Source of the DNA: Eledone cirrhosa
Taxonomy: Eukaryota
Assembly: GCA_964016885.1 (NCBI GenBank)
Contig: OZ024740.1
Span: 34,472,001 to 34,536,000, forward strand
DNA: 64,000 nucleotides
Direction of reading: 5' to 3'
The translations under genes were made by a program, and so were the position numbers. Shown one piece after another: positions 28,201-42,000 of the stretch. Under the pieces are notes generated by a model. It made no database searches and had not been told where the DNA came from. It was given only the letters and a program-made list of their open reading frames with translations. Numbering within the stretch: the stretch's first letter is position 1; each line of letters starts with the position of its first letter.

Positions 28201-31200
28201 AGATGTAAGTTGTAGTGGTTTAAAAGGCAACAGTTAGATGTAAGGTGTAGTGGTTCAACAGACGACAGTTAGATGTAAGGTGTTGTGTTTTAACAGGCGA
28301 CAGTCAGATGTAAGGTGTTGTGGTTCAACAGGCGACAGTTAGATGTAAGGTGTTGTGGATTAACAGGTGAGAGTTAGATGTAAGGTGTAGAGGTTAAACA
28401 GACGACAGTTAGATGTAAGGCGTTGTGGTGTAACAGGCGACAGTTATATGTAAGGTGTGGTGGTTCAACAGACGACAGTTAAATGTAAGGTGTTGTGTTT
28501 TAACAGGCGACAGTCAGATGTAAGGTGTTGTGGTTTAACAGGTGATAGTTAGATGTAAGGTGTAGTTCTTTAATAGACGGCAGTTAGATGTAAGGTGCAG
28601 TGGTTTAATAGGCGACAGTTAGATGTAAGGTGTTGCGGTTTAACAGGCGAGAGTTAGATGTAAGGTGTAGTGGTTTAACAGGTGACAGTTAGATGTAAGG
28701 TGTTGTGGTTTAACAGGCGACAGTTTGATGTAAGGTGTAGTGGTTTAACAGGCGACCGTTAGTTGTAAGTTGTAGTGGTTTAACAGGCAACAGTTAGATC
28801 TAAGGTGTAGTGGTTTAACCGGCGACAGTTAGATGTAAGGTGTTGTGGTTTAACAGAGGACAGTTAGATGTAAGGTGTTGTGGTTTAACAGACGACAGTT
28901 AGATGTAAGGTGTTGTGGTTTAACAGGCGACAGTTAGATATAAGGTGTAGTGGTTTAACCAGCGACAGTTAGATGTAAGTTGTAGTGGTTTAAAAGGCAA
29001 CAGTTAGATGTAAGGTGTAGTGGTTCAACAGACGACAGTTAGATGTAAGGTGTTGTGTTTTAACAGGCGACAGTCAGATGTAAGGTGTTGTGGTTCAACA
29101 GGCGACAGTTAGATGTAAGGTGTTGTGGATTAACAGGTGAGAGTTAGATGTAAGGTGTAGAGGTTAAACAGACGACAGTTAGATGTAAGGCGTTGTGGTG
29201 TAACAGGCGACAGTTATATGTAAGGTGTGGTGGTTCAACAGACGACAGTTAAATGTAAGGTGTTGTGTTTTAACAGGCGACAGTCAGATGTAAGGTGTTG
29301 TGGTTTAACAGGTGATAGTTAGATGTAAGGTGTAGTTCTTTAATAGACGGCAGTTAGATGTAAGGTGCAGTGGTTTAATAGGCGACAGTTAGATGTAAGG
29401 TGTTGCGGTTTAACAGGCGAGAGTTAGATGTAAGGTGTAGTGGTTTAACAGGTGACAGTTAGATGTAAGGTGTAGTGGTTTAATAGGCGAAAGTTAGATG
29501 TAAAGTGTTGCAGTTTAACAGGCGACAGTTAGATGTAAGGTGTTGTGGTTTAACAGACAACAGTTAGATGTAAGGTGTTGTGGTTTAACAGGGAACAGTT
29601 AGATGTAAGTTGTAGTGGTTTAACAGGCGACAGTTAGATGTAAGGTGTTGTAGTTTAACAGACGACAGTTAGATGTAAGGTGTAGTGGTTTAACAGACGA
29701 CAGTTAGATGTATGGTGTAGTGGTTTAACCGGCGACAGTTAGATGTAAGGTGTTGTGGTTTAACAGGCGACAGTTAGATGTAAGGTGTAGTGGTTTAACA
29801 GACGACAGTTAGATGTAAGGTGTTGTGGTTTAACAGGCAACAGTTAGATGTAATGTGTTGTGGTTTAACAGGCAACAGTTAGATGTAAGGTGTAGTGGTT
29901 CAACAGACGACAGTTAAATGTAAGGTGTTGTGTTTTAACAGGCGACAGTCAGATGTAAGGTGTTGTGGTTCAACAGGCGACAGTTAGATGTAAGGTGTTG
30001 TGGTTTAATAGAGGGCAGTTAGATGTAAGGTGCAGTGGTTTAATAGGCGACAGTTAGATGTAAGGTGTTTCGGTTTAACAGACGACAGTTAGATGTAAGG
30101 TGTAGTGGTTTATCAGGCGACAGTTAGATGTAAGATGTTGTGGTTTAACAGACGACAGTTAGATGTAAGGTGTAGTGGTTTAACCGGCGACAGTTAGATG
30201 TAAGGTGTAGTGGTTTAACAGGCGACAGTTAGATGTAAGGTGTTGTGGTTTAACAGAGGACAGTTAGATGTAAGGTGTTGTGGTTTAACAGACAACAGTT
30301 AGATGTAAGGTGTTGTGGTTTAACAGGCGACAGTTAGATGTAAGTTGTAGTGGTTTGACAGGCGACAGTTAGATGTAAGGTGTTGTAGTTTAACAGACGA
30401 CAGTTAGATGTAAGGTGTAGTGGTTTAACAGACGACAGTTAGATGTAAGGTGTAGTGGTTTAACAGGCGACAGTTAGATGTAAGGTGTTGTGGTTTAACA
30501 GACGACAGTTAGATGTAAGGTGTAGTGGTTTAACAGGCGACAGTAAGATGTAAGGTGTTGTGGTTTAACAGGCGACAGTTAGATGTAAGGTGTTGTGGTT
30601 TAACAGGCGACAGTTAGATGTAAGGTGTAGTGGTTTATCAGGCGACAGTTAGATGTAAGGTGTAGTGGTTTATCAGGCGAAGTTAGATGTAAGGTATAGT
30701 GGTTTAATAGGCGACAGTTAGATGTAAGGAGTTGCTGTTTAACAGGCGTCAGTTAGATGTAAAGTGTAGTGGTTTAACAGGCGACAGTTAGATGTAAGGT
30801 GTAGTGGTTTAATAGGCGACAGTTAGATGTAAGGTGCTGCAATTTAACAGGCGACAGTTAGATGGAAGGTGTTGTGGTTTAACAGGTGACAGTTAGATGT
30901 AAGGTGCAGTGGTTTACTAGGCGACAGTTAGATGTAAGGTGCTGCAGTTTAACAGGCGACAGTTAGATGTAAGGTGTTGTGGTTTAACAGACGACTGTTA
31001 GATGTAAGGTGTAGTGGTTTAACCGGCGACAGTTATATGTAAGGTGTAGTGGTTTAACAGACGACAGTTAGATGTAAGGTGTTGTGGTTTAACAGAGGAC
31101 AGTTAGATGTAAGGTGTTGTGGTTTAACAGACGACAGTTAGATGTAAGGTGTTGTGGTTTAACAGAGGACAGTTAGATGTAAGGTGTTGTGGTTTAACCG

Positions 31201-33099
31201 GCGACAGTTAGATGTAAGGTGTAGTGGTTTAACAGGCAACAGTTAGATGTAAGGTGTAGTGGTTTAACCGGCGACAGTTAGATGTAAGGTGTTGTGGTTT
31301 AACAGAGGACAGTTAGATGTAAGGTGTTGTGGTTTAACAGACGACAGTTAGATGTAAGGTGTTGTGGTTTAACAGGCGACAGTTAGATATAAGGTGTAGT
31401 GGTTTAACCAGCGACAGTTAGATGTAAGTTGTAGTGGTTTAAAAGGCAACAGTTAGATGTAAGGTGTAGTGGTTCAACAGACGACAGTTAGATGTAAGGT
31501 GTTGTGTTTTAACAGGCGACAGTCAGATGTAAGGTGTTGTGGTTCAACAGGCGACAGTTAGATGTAAGGTGTTGTGGATTAACAGGTGAGAGTTAGATGT
31601 AAGGTGTAGAGGTTAAACAGACGACAGTTAGATGTAAGGCGTTGTGGTGTAACAGGCGACAGTTATATGTAAGGTGTGGTGGTTCAACAGACGACAGTTA
31701 AATGTAAGGTGTTGTGTTTTAACAGGCGACAGTCAGATGAAAGGTGTTGTGGTTTAACAGGTGATAGTTAGATGTAAGGTGTAGTTCTTTAATAGACGGC
31801 AGTTAGATGTAAGGTGCAGTGGTTTAATAGGCGACAGTTAGATGTAAGGTGTTGCGGTTTAACAGGCGAGAGTTAGATGTAAGGTGTAGTGGTTTAACAG
31901 GTGACAGTTAGATGTAAGGTGTAGTGGTTTAATAGGCGAAAGTTAGATGTAAAGTGTTGCAGTTTAACAGGCGACAGTTAGATGTAAGGTGTAGTGGTTT
32001 AACAGAGGACAGTTAGATGTAAGGTGTTGTGGTTTAACAGACAACAGTTAGATGTAAGGTGTTGTGGTTTAACAGGGAACAGTTAGATGTAAGTTGTAGT
32101 GGTTTAACAGGCGACAGTTAGATGTAAGGTGTTGTAGTTTAACAGACGACAGTTAGATGTAAGGTGTAGTGGTTTAACTGACGACAGTTAGATGTATGGT
32201 GTAGTGGTTTAACCGGCGACAGTTAGATGTAAGGTGTTGTGGTTTAACAGGCGACAGTTAGATGTAAGGTGTTGTGGTTTAACAGGCGACAGTTAGATGT
32301 AAGGTGTAGTGGTTTATCAGGCGACAGTTAGATGTAAGGTGTAGTGGTTTATCAGGCGAAGTTAGATGTAAGGTATAGTGGTTTAATAGGCGACAGTTAG
32401 ATGTAAGGAGTTGCTGTTTAACAGGCGTCAGTTAGATGTAAAGTGTAGTGGTTTAACAGGCGACAGTTAGATGTAAGGTGTAGTGGTTTAATAGGCGACA
32501 GTTAGATGTAAGGTGCTGCAATTTAACAGGCGACAGTTAGATGGAAGGTGTTGTGGTTTAACAGGTGACAGTTAGATGTAAGGTGCAGTGGTTTACTAGG
32601 CGACAGTTAGATGTAAGGTGCTGCAGTTTAACAGGCGACAGTTAGATGTAAGGTGTTGTGGTTTAACAGACGACTGTTAGATGTAAGGTGTAGTGGTTTA
32701 ACCGGCGACAGTTATATGTAAGGTGTAGTGGTTTAACAGACGACAGTTAGATGTAAGGTGTTGTGGTTTAACAGAGGACAGTTAGATGTAAGGTGTTGTG
32801 GTTTAACAGACGACAGTTAGATGTAAGGTGTTGTGGTTTAACAGAGGACAGTTAGATGTAAGGTGTTGTGGTTTAACCGGCGACAGTTAGATGTAAGGTG
32901 TAGTGGTTTAAAAGGCGACAGTTAGATGTAACGTGTAGTGGTTTAACAGACGACAGTTAGATGTAAGGTGTAGTGGTTTAACAGGCGACAGTTAGATGTA
33001 AGGTGTAGTGGTTTAACAGGCGACAGTTAGATGTAAGGTGTTGTGGTTTAACAGGCGACAGTTTGATGTAAGGTGTAGTGGTTTAACAGGCGACCGTTA

Positions 33100-36000
33100 G
33101 TTGTAAGTTGTAGTGGTTTAACAGGCAACAGTTAGATGTAAGGTGTAGTGGTTTAACCGGCGACAGTTAGATGTAAGGTGTTGTGGTTTAACAGAGGACA
33201 GTTAGATGTAAGGTGTTGTGGTTTAACAGACGACAGTTAGATGTAAGGTGTTGTGGTTTAACAGGCGACAGTTAGATATAAGGTGTAGTGGTTTAACCAG
33301 CGACAGTTAGATGTAAGTTGTAGTGGTTTAAAAGGCAACAGTTAGATGTAAGGTGTAGTGGTTCAACAGACGACAGTTAGATGTAAGGTGTTGTGTTTTA
33401 ACAGGCGACAGTCAGATGTAAGGTGTTGCGGTTCAACAGGCGACAGTTAGATGTAAGGTGTTGTGGATTAACAGGTGAGAGTTAGATGTAAGGTGTAGAG
33501 GTTAAACAGACGACAGTTAGATGTAAGGCGTTGTGGTGTAACAGGCGACAGTTATATGTAAGGTGTGGTGGTTCAACAGACGACAGTTAAATGTAAGGTG
33601 TTGTGTTTTAACAGGCGACAGTCAGATGTAAGGTGTTGTGGTTTAACGGGTGATAGTTAGATGTAAGGTGTAGTTCTTTAATAGACGGCAGTTAGATGTA
33701 AGGTGCAGTGGTTTAATAGGCGACAGTTAGATGTAAGGTGTTGCGGTTTAACAGGCGAGAGTTAGATGTAAGGTGTAGTGGTTTAACAGGTGACAGTTAG
33801 ATGTAAGGTGTAGTGGTTTAATAGGCGAAAGTTAGATGTAAAGTGTTGCAGTTTAACAGGCGACAGTTAGATGTAAGGTGTAGTGGTTTAACAGAGGACA
33901 GTTAGATGTAAGGTGTTGTGGTTTAACAGACAACAGTTAGATGTAAGGTGTTGTGGTTTAACAGGGAACAGTTAGATGTAAGTTGTAGTGGTTTAACAGG
34001 CGACAGTTAGATGTAAGGTGTTGTAGTTTAACAGACGACAGTTAGATGTAAGGTGTAGTGGTTTAACAGACGACAGTTAGATGTATGGTGTAGTGGTTTA
34101 ACCGGCGACAGTTAGATGTAAGGTGTTGTGGTTTAACAGGCGACAGTTAGATGTAAGGTGTAGTGGTTTAACAGACGACAGTTAGATGTAAGGTGTTGTG
34201 GTTTAACAGGCAACAGTTAGATGTAATGTGCTGTGGTTTAACAGGCGACAGTTAGATGTAATGTGTTGTGGTTTAACAGGCAACAGTTAGATGTAAGGTG
34301 TAGTGGTTCAACAGACGACAGTTAAATGTAAGGTGTTGTGTTTTAACAGGCGACAGTCAGATGTATGGTATTGTGGTTCAACAGGCGACAGTTAGATGTA
34401 AGGTGTTTCGGTTTAACAGACGACAGTTAGATGTAAGGTGTAGTGGTTTATCAGGCGACAGTTAGATGTAAGATGTTGTGGTTTAACAGACGACAGTTAG
34501 ATGTAAGGTGTAGTGGTTTAACCGGCGACAGTTAGATGTAAGGTGTAGTGGTTTAACAGGCGACAGTTAGATGTAAGGTGTTGTGGTTTAACAGAGGACA
34601 GTTAGATGTAAGGTGTTGTGGTTTAACAGACAACAGTTAGATGTAAGGTGTTGTGGTTTAACAGGCGACAGTTAGATGTAAGTTGTAGTGGTTTAACAGG
34701 CGACAGTTAGATGTAAGGTGTTGTAGTTTAACAGACGACAGTTAGATGTAAGGTGTAGTGGTTTAACAGACGACAGTTAGATGTAAGGTGTAGTGGTTTA
34801 ACAGGCGACAGTTAGACGTAAGGTGTTGTGGTTTAACAGACGACAGTTAGATGTAAGGTGTAGTGGTTTAACAGGCGACAGTAAGATGTAAGGTGTTGTG
34901 GTTTAACAGGCGACAGTTAGATGTAAGGTGTTGTGATTTAACAGGCGACAGTTAGATGTAAGGTGTAGTGGTTTATCAGGCGACAGTTAGATGTAAGGTG
35001 TAGTGGTTTATCAGGCGAAGTTAGATGTAAGGTATAGTGGTTTAATAGGCGACAGTTAGATGTAAGGAGTTGCGGTTTAACAGGCGTCAGTTAGATGTAA
35101 AGTGTAGTGGTTTAACAGGCGACAGTTAGATGTAAGGTGTAGTGGTTTAATAGGCGACAGTTAGATGTAAGGTGCTGCAATTTAACAGGCGACAGTTAGA
35201 TGGAAGGTGTTGTGGTTTAACAGGTGACAGTTAGATGTAAGGTGCAGTGGTTTACTAGGCGACAGTTAGATGTAAGGTGCTGCAGTTTAACAGGCGACAG
35301 TTAGATGTAAGGTGTTGTAGTTTAACAGACGACAGTTAGATGTAAGGTGTAGTGGTTTAACCGGCGACAGTTAGATGTAAGGTGTTGTGGTTTAACAGGC
35401 GACAGTTAGATGTAAGGTGTAGTGGTTTAACAGACGACAGTTAGATGTAAGGTGTAGTGGTTTAACAGGGGACAGTTAGATGTAAGGTGTAGTGGTTTAA
35501 CAGGCGACAGTTAGATGTAAGGTCTTGTGGTTTAACAGGCGACAGTTAGATGTGAGGTGTAGCGGTTTAACAGGCGACCGTTAGATGTAAGTTGTAGTGG
35601 TTTAACAGGCAACAGTTAGATGTAAGGTGTTGTGGTTTAACAGGCAACAGTTAGATGTAATGTGCTGTGGTTTAACAGGCGACAGTTAGATGTAATGTGT
35701 TGTGGTTTAACAGGCAACAGTTAGATGTAAGGTGTAGTGGTTCAACAGACGACAGTTAAATGTAAGGTGTTGTGTTTTAACAGGCGACATTCAGATGTAA
35801 GGTGTTGTGGTTCAACAGGCGACAGTTAGATGTAAGGTGTTGTGGTTTAACAGGTGAGAGTTAGATATAAGGTGTAGTGGTTCAACAGACGACAGTAAAA
35901 ATGTAAGGTGTTGTGGTTTAACAGGCGACAGTTAGATGTAAGGTGTAGTGGTTTAACAGGCGACAGTTAGATGTAAGGTGTAGTGGTTTAACAGACGACA

Positions 36001-39000
36001 GTTAGATGTAAGGTGAAGTGGTTTAACAGGCGACAGTTAGATGTAAGGTGTTGTGGTTTAACAGGCGACAGTTAGATGTAAGGTGTAGTGGTTTAACAGG
36101 CGACAGTTAGATGTAAGTTGTAGTGGTTTAACAGGCGACAGTTAGATGTAAGGTGTTGTGGTTTAACAGACGATAGTTAGATGTAAGATGTAGTGGTTTA
36201 ACAGACGACAGTTAGATGTAAGGTGTTGTGGTTTAACAGGTGACAGTTAGATGTAAGGTGTTTTGGTTTAACAGGCGACAGTCAGATTTAAGGCGTTGTG
36301 GATTAACAGGTGACAGTTCAGATGTAAGGTGTAGTGGTTTAACAGGCGACAGTTAGATGTAATGTGTAGTGGTTTAACAGGCAACAGTTAGATGTAAGGT
36401 GTAGTGGTTTAACAGACGACAGTTACGTGTAAGGTGTAGTGGTTTAACAGGCGACAGTTAGATGTAAGGTGTTGTGGTTTAACAGACGAGAGTTAGATCA
36501 AAGGTGTTGTGGTTTAACAGACGACAGTTAGATGTAATGTGCTGTGGTTTAACAGGCGACAGTTAGATGTAATGTGTTGAGGTTTAACAGGCAACAGTTA
36601 GATGTAAGGTGTTGTGGTTTAACAGTTGACAGTTAGATGTAAGGTGTAGAGGTTTAACAGACGACAGTTAGATGTAAGGTATTGTGGTGTAACAGGCGAC
36701 AGTTAGATGTAAGGTGTAGTGGTTCAACAGACGAAAGTTAAATGTAAGGTGTTGTGGTTTAACAGCTGATAGTTAGATGTAAGGTGTAGTGGTTTAACAG
36801 ACGGCAGTTAGATGTAAGGTGTAGTGGTTTAATAGGCGACAGTTAGATGTAAGGTGTTGCGGTTAACAGGAGACAGTTAGATGTAAGGTGTAGTGGTTTA
36901 TCAGGCGAAGTTAGATGTAAGGTGTAGTGGTTTAATAGGCGACAGTTAGATGTAAGGTGTTGCGGTTAACAGGAGACAGTTAGATGTAAGGTGTAGTGGT
37001 TTATCAGGCGAAGTTAGATGTAAGGTGTAGTGGTTCAACAGACGACAGTTAAATGTAAGGTGTTGTGGTTTAACAGGCGACAGTTAGAGGTAAGTTGTTG
37101 TCGTTTAACAGACGTCAGTTAGATGTAAGGTGTTGTGGTTTAATAGGTGACAGTTAGATGTAAGGTGTTGTGGTTTAACAGGTGACAGTTAGATGTAAGG
37201 TGTTGTGGTTTAACAGGCGACAGTGAGATTTAAGGTGTTGTGGTTTAACAGGTGACAGTTCAGATGTAAGGTGTTGTGGTTTAACAGACGACAGTTAGAT
37301 GTAAGGTGTTGTATTTCAACAGGCGACAGTTAGATGTAAGGTGTTGTGGTTTAACAGGTGCCAGTTGTATGTAAGTTGTGGTTTAACAGGCGACAGTTAG
37401 ATGTATGGTGTTGTGGTTTAACAGGCGACAGTTAGATGTAAGGTGTTGTGGTTTAACAGACGTCAGTTAGATGTAAGGTGTTGTGGTTTAACAGCCGACA
37501 GTTAGATGTAAGGTGTAGTGGTTTAACAGACGACAGTTTGATGTAAGGTGTAGTGGTTTACCAGACGACAGTTAGATGACAGGTGTAGTGGTTTAACAGA
37601 CGACAGTTAGATCAAAAGTGTTGTGGTTTAACAGACGACAGTTAGATGTAAGGTTTAGTGGTTTAACAGGTGACAGTTAGATGTAAGGTGTTGTGGTTTA
37701 ACAGACGACAGTTAGATGTAAGGTGTAGTGGTTTAACAGACGACAGTTACGTGTAAGGTGTAGTGGTTTAACAGGTGACAGTTAGATGTAAGGTGTAGTG
37801 GTTTAACAGACGGCAGTTAGATATAAGGTGTAGTGGTTTAATAGGCGACAGTTAGATGTAAGGTGTTGCGGTTTAACAGGAGACAGTTAGATATAAGGTG
37901 TAGTGGTTTAACAGGCGACAGTGAGATTTAAGGTGTTGTGGTTTAACAGGTGACAGTTCAGATGTAAGGTGTTGTGGTTTAACAGACGACAGTTAGATGT
38001 AAGGTGTTGTATTTCAACAGGCGACAGTTAGATGTAAGGTGTTGTGGTTTAACAGGTGACAGTTGTATGTAAGTTGTGGCTTAACAGGCGACAGTTAGAT
38101 GTATGGTGTTGTGGTTTAACAGGCGACAGTTAGATGTAAGATGTTGTGGTTTAACAGATGACAGTTTGATATAAGGTGTAGTGGTTTAACAGACGACAGT
38201 TATATGAAAGGTGTACTGGTTTAACAGACGACAGTTAGATCAAAAGTGTTGTGGTTTAACAGACGACAGTTAGATATAAGGTGTTGTGGTTGAAAACGTG
38301 ACAGTTAGATGTAAGGTGTTGTGGTTTAACAGGCGACACTTACGTGTAAGGTGTAGTGGTTTAACAGGTGACAGTTAGATGTAAGGTGTAGTGGTTTAAC
38401 AGACAACAGTTAGATGTAAGGTGTTGTGGTTTAACAGGCAACAGTTAGATGTAATGTGCTGTGGTTTAACAGGCAGAGTTACATGTAAGGTGTTGTGGTT
38501 TAACAGGTGACAGTTCAGATGTAAGGTGTAGAGGTTTAACAGACGACAGTTAAATGTAAGGTGTAGTGGTTTAATACGCGACAATTAGATGTAAGGTGTT
38601 GCGGTTTAACAGGCGACAGTTAGATGTAAAGTGTAGTGGTTTAACAGGCGACAGTTAGATGTAAGGTGTAGTGGTTTAATGGGACACAGTTAGATGTAAG
38701 GTTTTGTGGTTTAACAGGCGACAGTTAGATGTAAGGTGTGGTTTAACAGGTGACAGTTAGATGTAAGGTGTTGTGGTTTAACAGGGGACAGTTAGATGTA
38801 AGGTGTTGTGGTTCAACAGACGAGAGTTAAATGTAAGGTGTTGTCGTTTAACAGGCGACAGTTAGAGGTAAGGTGTTGTCGTTTAACAGACGTCAGTTAG
38901 ATGTAAGGTGTTGTGCTTTAACAGGTGACAGTTAGATGTAAGGTGTTGTGGTTTAACAGGTGACAGTTAGATGTAAGGTGTTGTGGTTTAACAGGCGACA

Positions 39001-42000
39001 GTGAGAGTTAAGGTGTTGTGGTTTAACAGGTGACAGTTCAGATGTAAGGTGTTCTGGTTTAACAGACGACAGTTAGATGTAAGGTGTTGTGTTTCAACAG
39101 GCGACAGTTAGATGTAAGGTGTTGTGGTTTAACAGGTGACAGTTGTATGTAAGATGTGGTTTAACAGGCGACAGTTAGATGTATGGTGTTGTGGTTTCAC
39201 GGGCGACAGTTAGATGTAAGGTGTTGTGGTTTAACAGACGTCAGTTAGATGTAAGGTGTTGTGGTTCAACAGACGAGGGTTAAATGTAAGGTGTAGTGGT
39301 TTAACAGGCGACAGTTAGATGTAAGTTGTAGTGGTTTTACAGGTGACAGTTAGATGTAAGGTGTTGTGGTTTAACAGGCGACAGTTAGATGTAAGGTGTA
39401 GTGGTTTAACAGACGACAGTTAGATGTAAGGTGTTGTGGTTTAACAGGCAACAGTTAGATGTAATGTGCTGTGGTTTAACAGGCGACAGTTAGATGTAAT
39501 GTGTTGTGGTTTAACAGGCAACAGTTAGATGTAAGGTGTAGTGGTTCAACAGACGACAGTTAAATGTAGGGTGTTGTGTTTTAACAGGCGACAGTCAGAT
39601 GTATGGTGTTGTGGTTCAACAGGCGACAGTTAGATGTAAGGTGTTGTGGTTTAATAGAGGGCAGTTAGATGTAAGGTGCAGTGGTTTAATAGGCGACAGT
39701 TAGATGTAAGGTGTTTCGGTTTAACAGACGACAGTTAGATGTAAGGTGTAGTGGTTTATCAGGCGACAGTTAGATGTAAGATGTTGTGGTTTAACAGACG
39801 ACAGTTAGATGTAAGGTGTAGTGGTTTAACCGGCGACAGTTAGATGTAAGGTGTAGTGGTTTAACAGGCGACAGATAGATGTAAGGTGTTGTGGTTTAAC
39901 AGAGGACAGTTAGATGTAAGGTGTTGTGGTTTAACAGACAACAGTTAGATGTAAGGTGTTGTGGTTTAACAGGCGACAGTTAGATGTAAGTTGTAGTGGT
40001 TTAACAGGCGACAGTTAGATGTAAGGTGTTGTAGTTTAACAGACGACAGTTAGATGTAAGGTGTAGTGGTTTAACAGACGACAGTTAGATGTAAGGTGTA
40101 GTGGTTTAACAGGCGACAGTTAGATGTAAGGTGTTGTGGTTTAACAGACGACAGTTAGATGTAAGGTGTAGTGGTTTAACAGGCGACAGTAAGATGTAAG
40201 GTGTTGTGGTTTAACAGGCGACAGTTAGATGTAAGGTGTTGTGATTTAACAGGCGACAGTTAGATGTAAGGTGTAGTGGTTTATCAGGCGACAGTTAGAT
40301 GTAAGGTGTAGTGGTTTATCAGGCGAAGTTAGATGTAAGGTATAGTGGTTTAATAGGCGACAGTTAGATGTAAGGAGTTGCGGTTTAACAGGCGTCAGTT
40401 AGATGTAAAGTGTAGTGGTTTAACAGGCGACAGTTAGATGTAAGGTCTTGTGGTTTAACAGGCGACAGTTAGATGTGAGGTGTAGCGGTTTAACAGGCGA
40501 CCGTTAGATGTAAGTTGTAGTGGTTTAACAGGCAACAGTTAGATGTAAGGTGTTGTGGTTTAACAGGCAACAGTTAGATGTAATGTGCTGTGGTTTAACA
40601 GGCGACAGTTAGATGTAATGTGTTGTGGTTTAACAGGCAACAGTTAGATGTAAGGTGTAGTGGTTCAACAGACGACAGTTAAATGTAAGGTGTTGTGTTT
40701 TAACAGGCGACAGTCAGATGTAAGGTGTTGTGGTTCAACAGGCGACAGTTAGATGTAAGGTGTTGTGGTTTAACAGGTGAGAGTTAGATATAAGGTGTAG
40801 TGGTTCAACAGACGACAGTAAAAATGTAAGGTGTTGTGGTTTAACAGGCGACAGTTAGATGTAAGGTGTAGTGGTTTAACAGGCGACAGTTAGATGTAAG
40901 GTGTAGTGGTTTAACAGACGACAGTTAGATGTAAGGTGAAGTGGTTTAACAGGCGACAGTTAGATGTAAGGTGTTGTGGTTTAACAGGCGACAGTTAGAT
41001 GTAAGGTGTAGTGGTTTAACAGGCGACAGTTAGATGTAAGTTGTAGTGGTTTAACAGGCGACAGTTAGATGTAAGGTGTTGTGGTTTAACAGACGATAGT
41101 TAGATGTAAGATGTAGTGGTTTAACAGACGACAGTTAGATGTAAGGTGTTGTGGTTTAACAGGTGACAGTTAGATGTAAGGTGTTTTGGTTTAACAGGCG
41201 ACAGTCAGATTTAAGGCGTTGTGGATTAACAGGTGACAGTTCAGATGTAAGGTGTAGTGGTTTAACAGGCGACAGTTAGATGTAATGTGTAGTGGTTTAA
41301 CAGGCAACAGTTAGATGTAAGGTGTAGTGGTTTAACAGACGACAGTTACGTGTAAGGTGTAGTGGTTTAACAGGCGACAGTTAGATGTAAGGTGTTGTGG
41401 TTTAACAGACGAGAGTTAGATCAAAGGTGTTGTGGTTTAACAGACGACAGTTAGATGTAATGTGCTGTGGTTTAACAGGCGACAGTTAGATGTAATGTGT
41501 TGAGGTTTAACAGGCAACAGTTAGATGTAAGGTGTTGTGGTTTAACAGTTGACAGTTAGATGTAAGGTGTAGAGGTTTAACAGACGACAGTTAGATGTAA
41601 GGTATTGTGGTGTAACAGGCGACAGTTAGATGTAAGGTGTAGTGGTTCAACAGACGAAAGTTAAATGTAAGGTGTTGTGGTTTAACAGGTGATAGTTAGA
41701 TGTAAGGTGTAGTGGTTTAACAGACGGCAGTTAGATGTAAGGTGTAGTGGTTTAATAGGCGACAGTTAGATGTAAGGTGTTGCGGTTAACAGGAGACAGT
41801 TAGATGTAAGGTGTAGTGGTTTATCAGGCGAAGTTAGATGTAAGGTGTAGTGGTTTAATAGGCGACAGTTAGATGTAAGGTGTTGCGGTTAACAGGAGAC
41901 AGTTAGATGTAAGGTGTAGTGGTTTATCAGGCGAAGTTAGATGTAAGGTGTAGTGGTTCAACAGACGACAGTTAAATGTAAGGTGTTGTGGTTTAACAGG

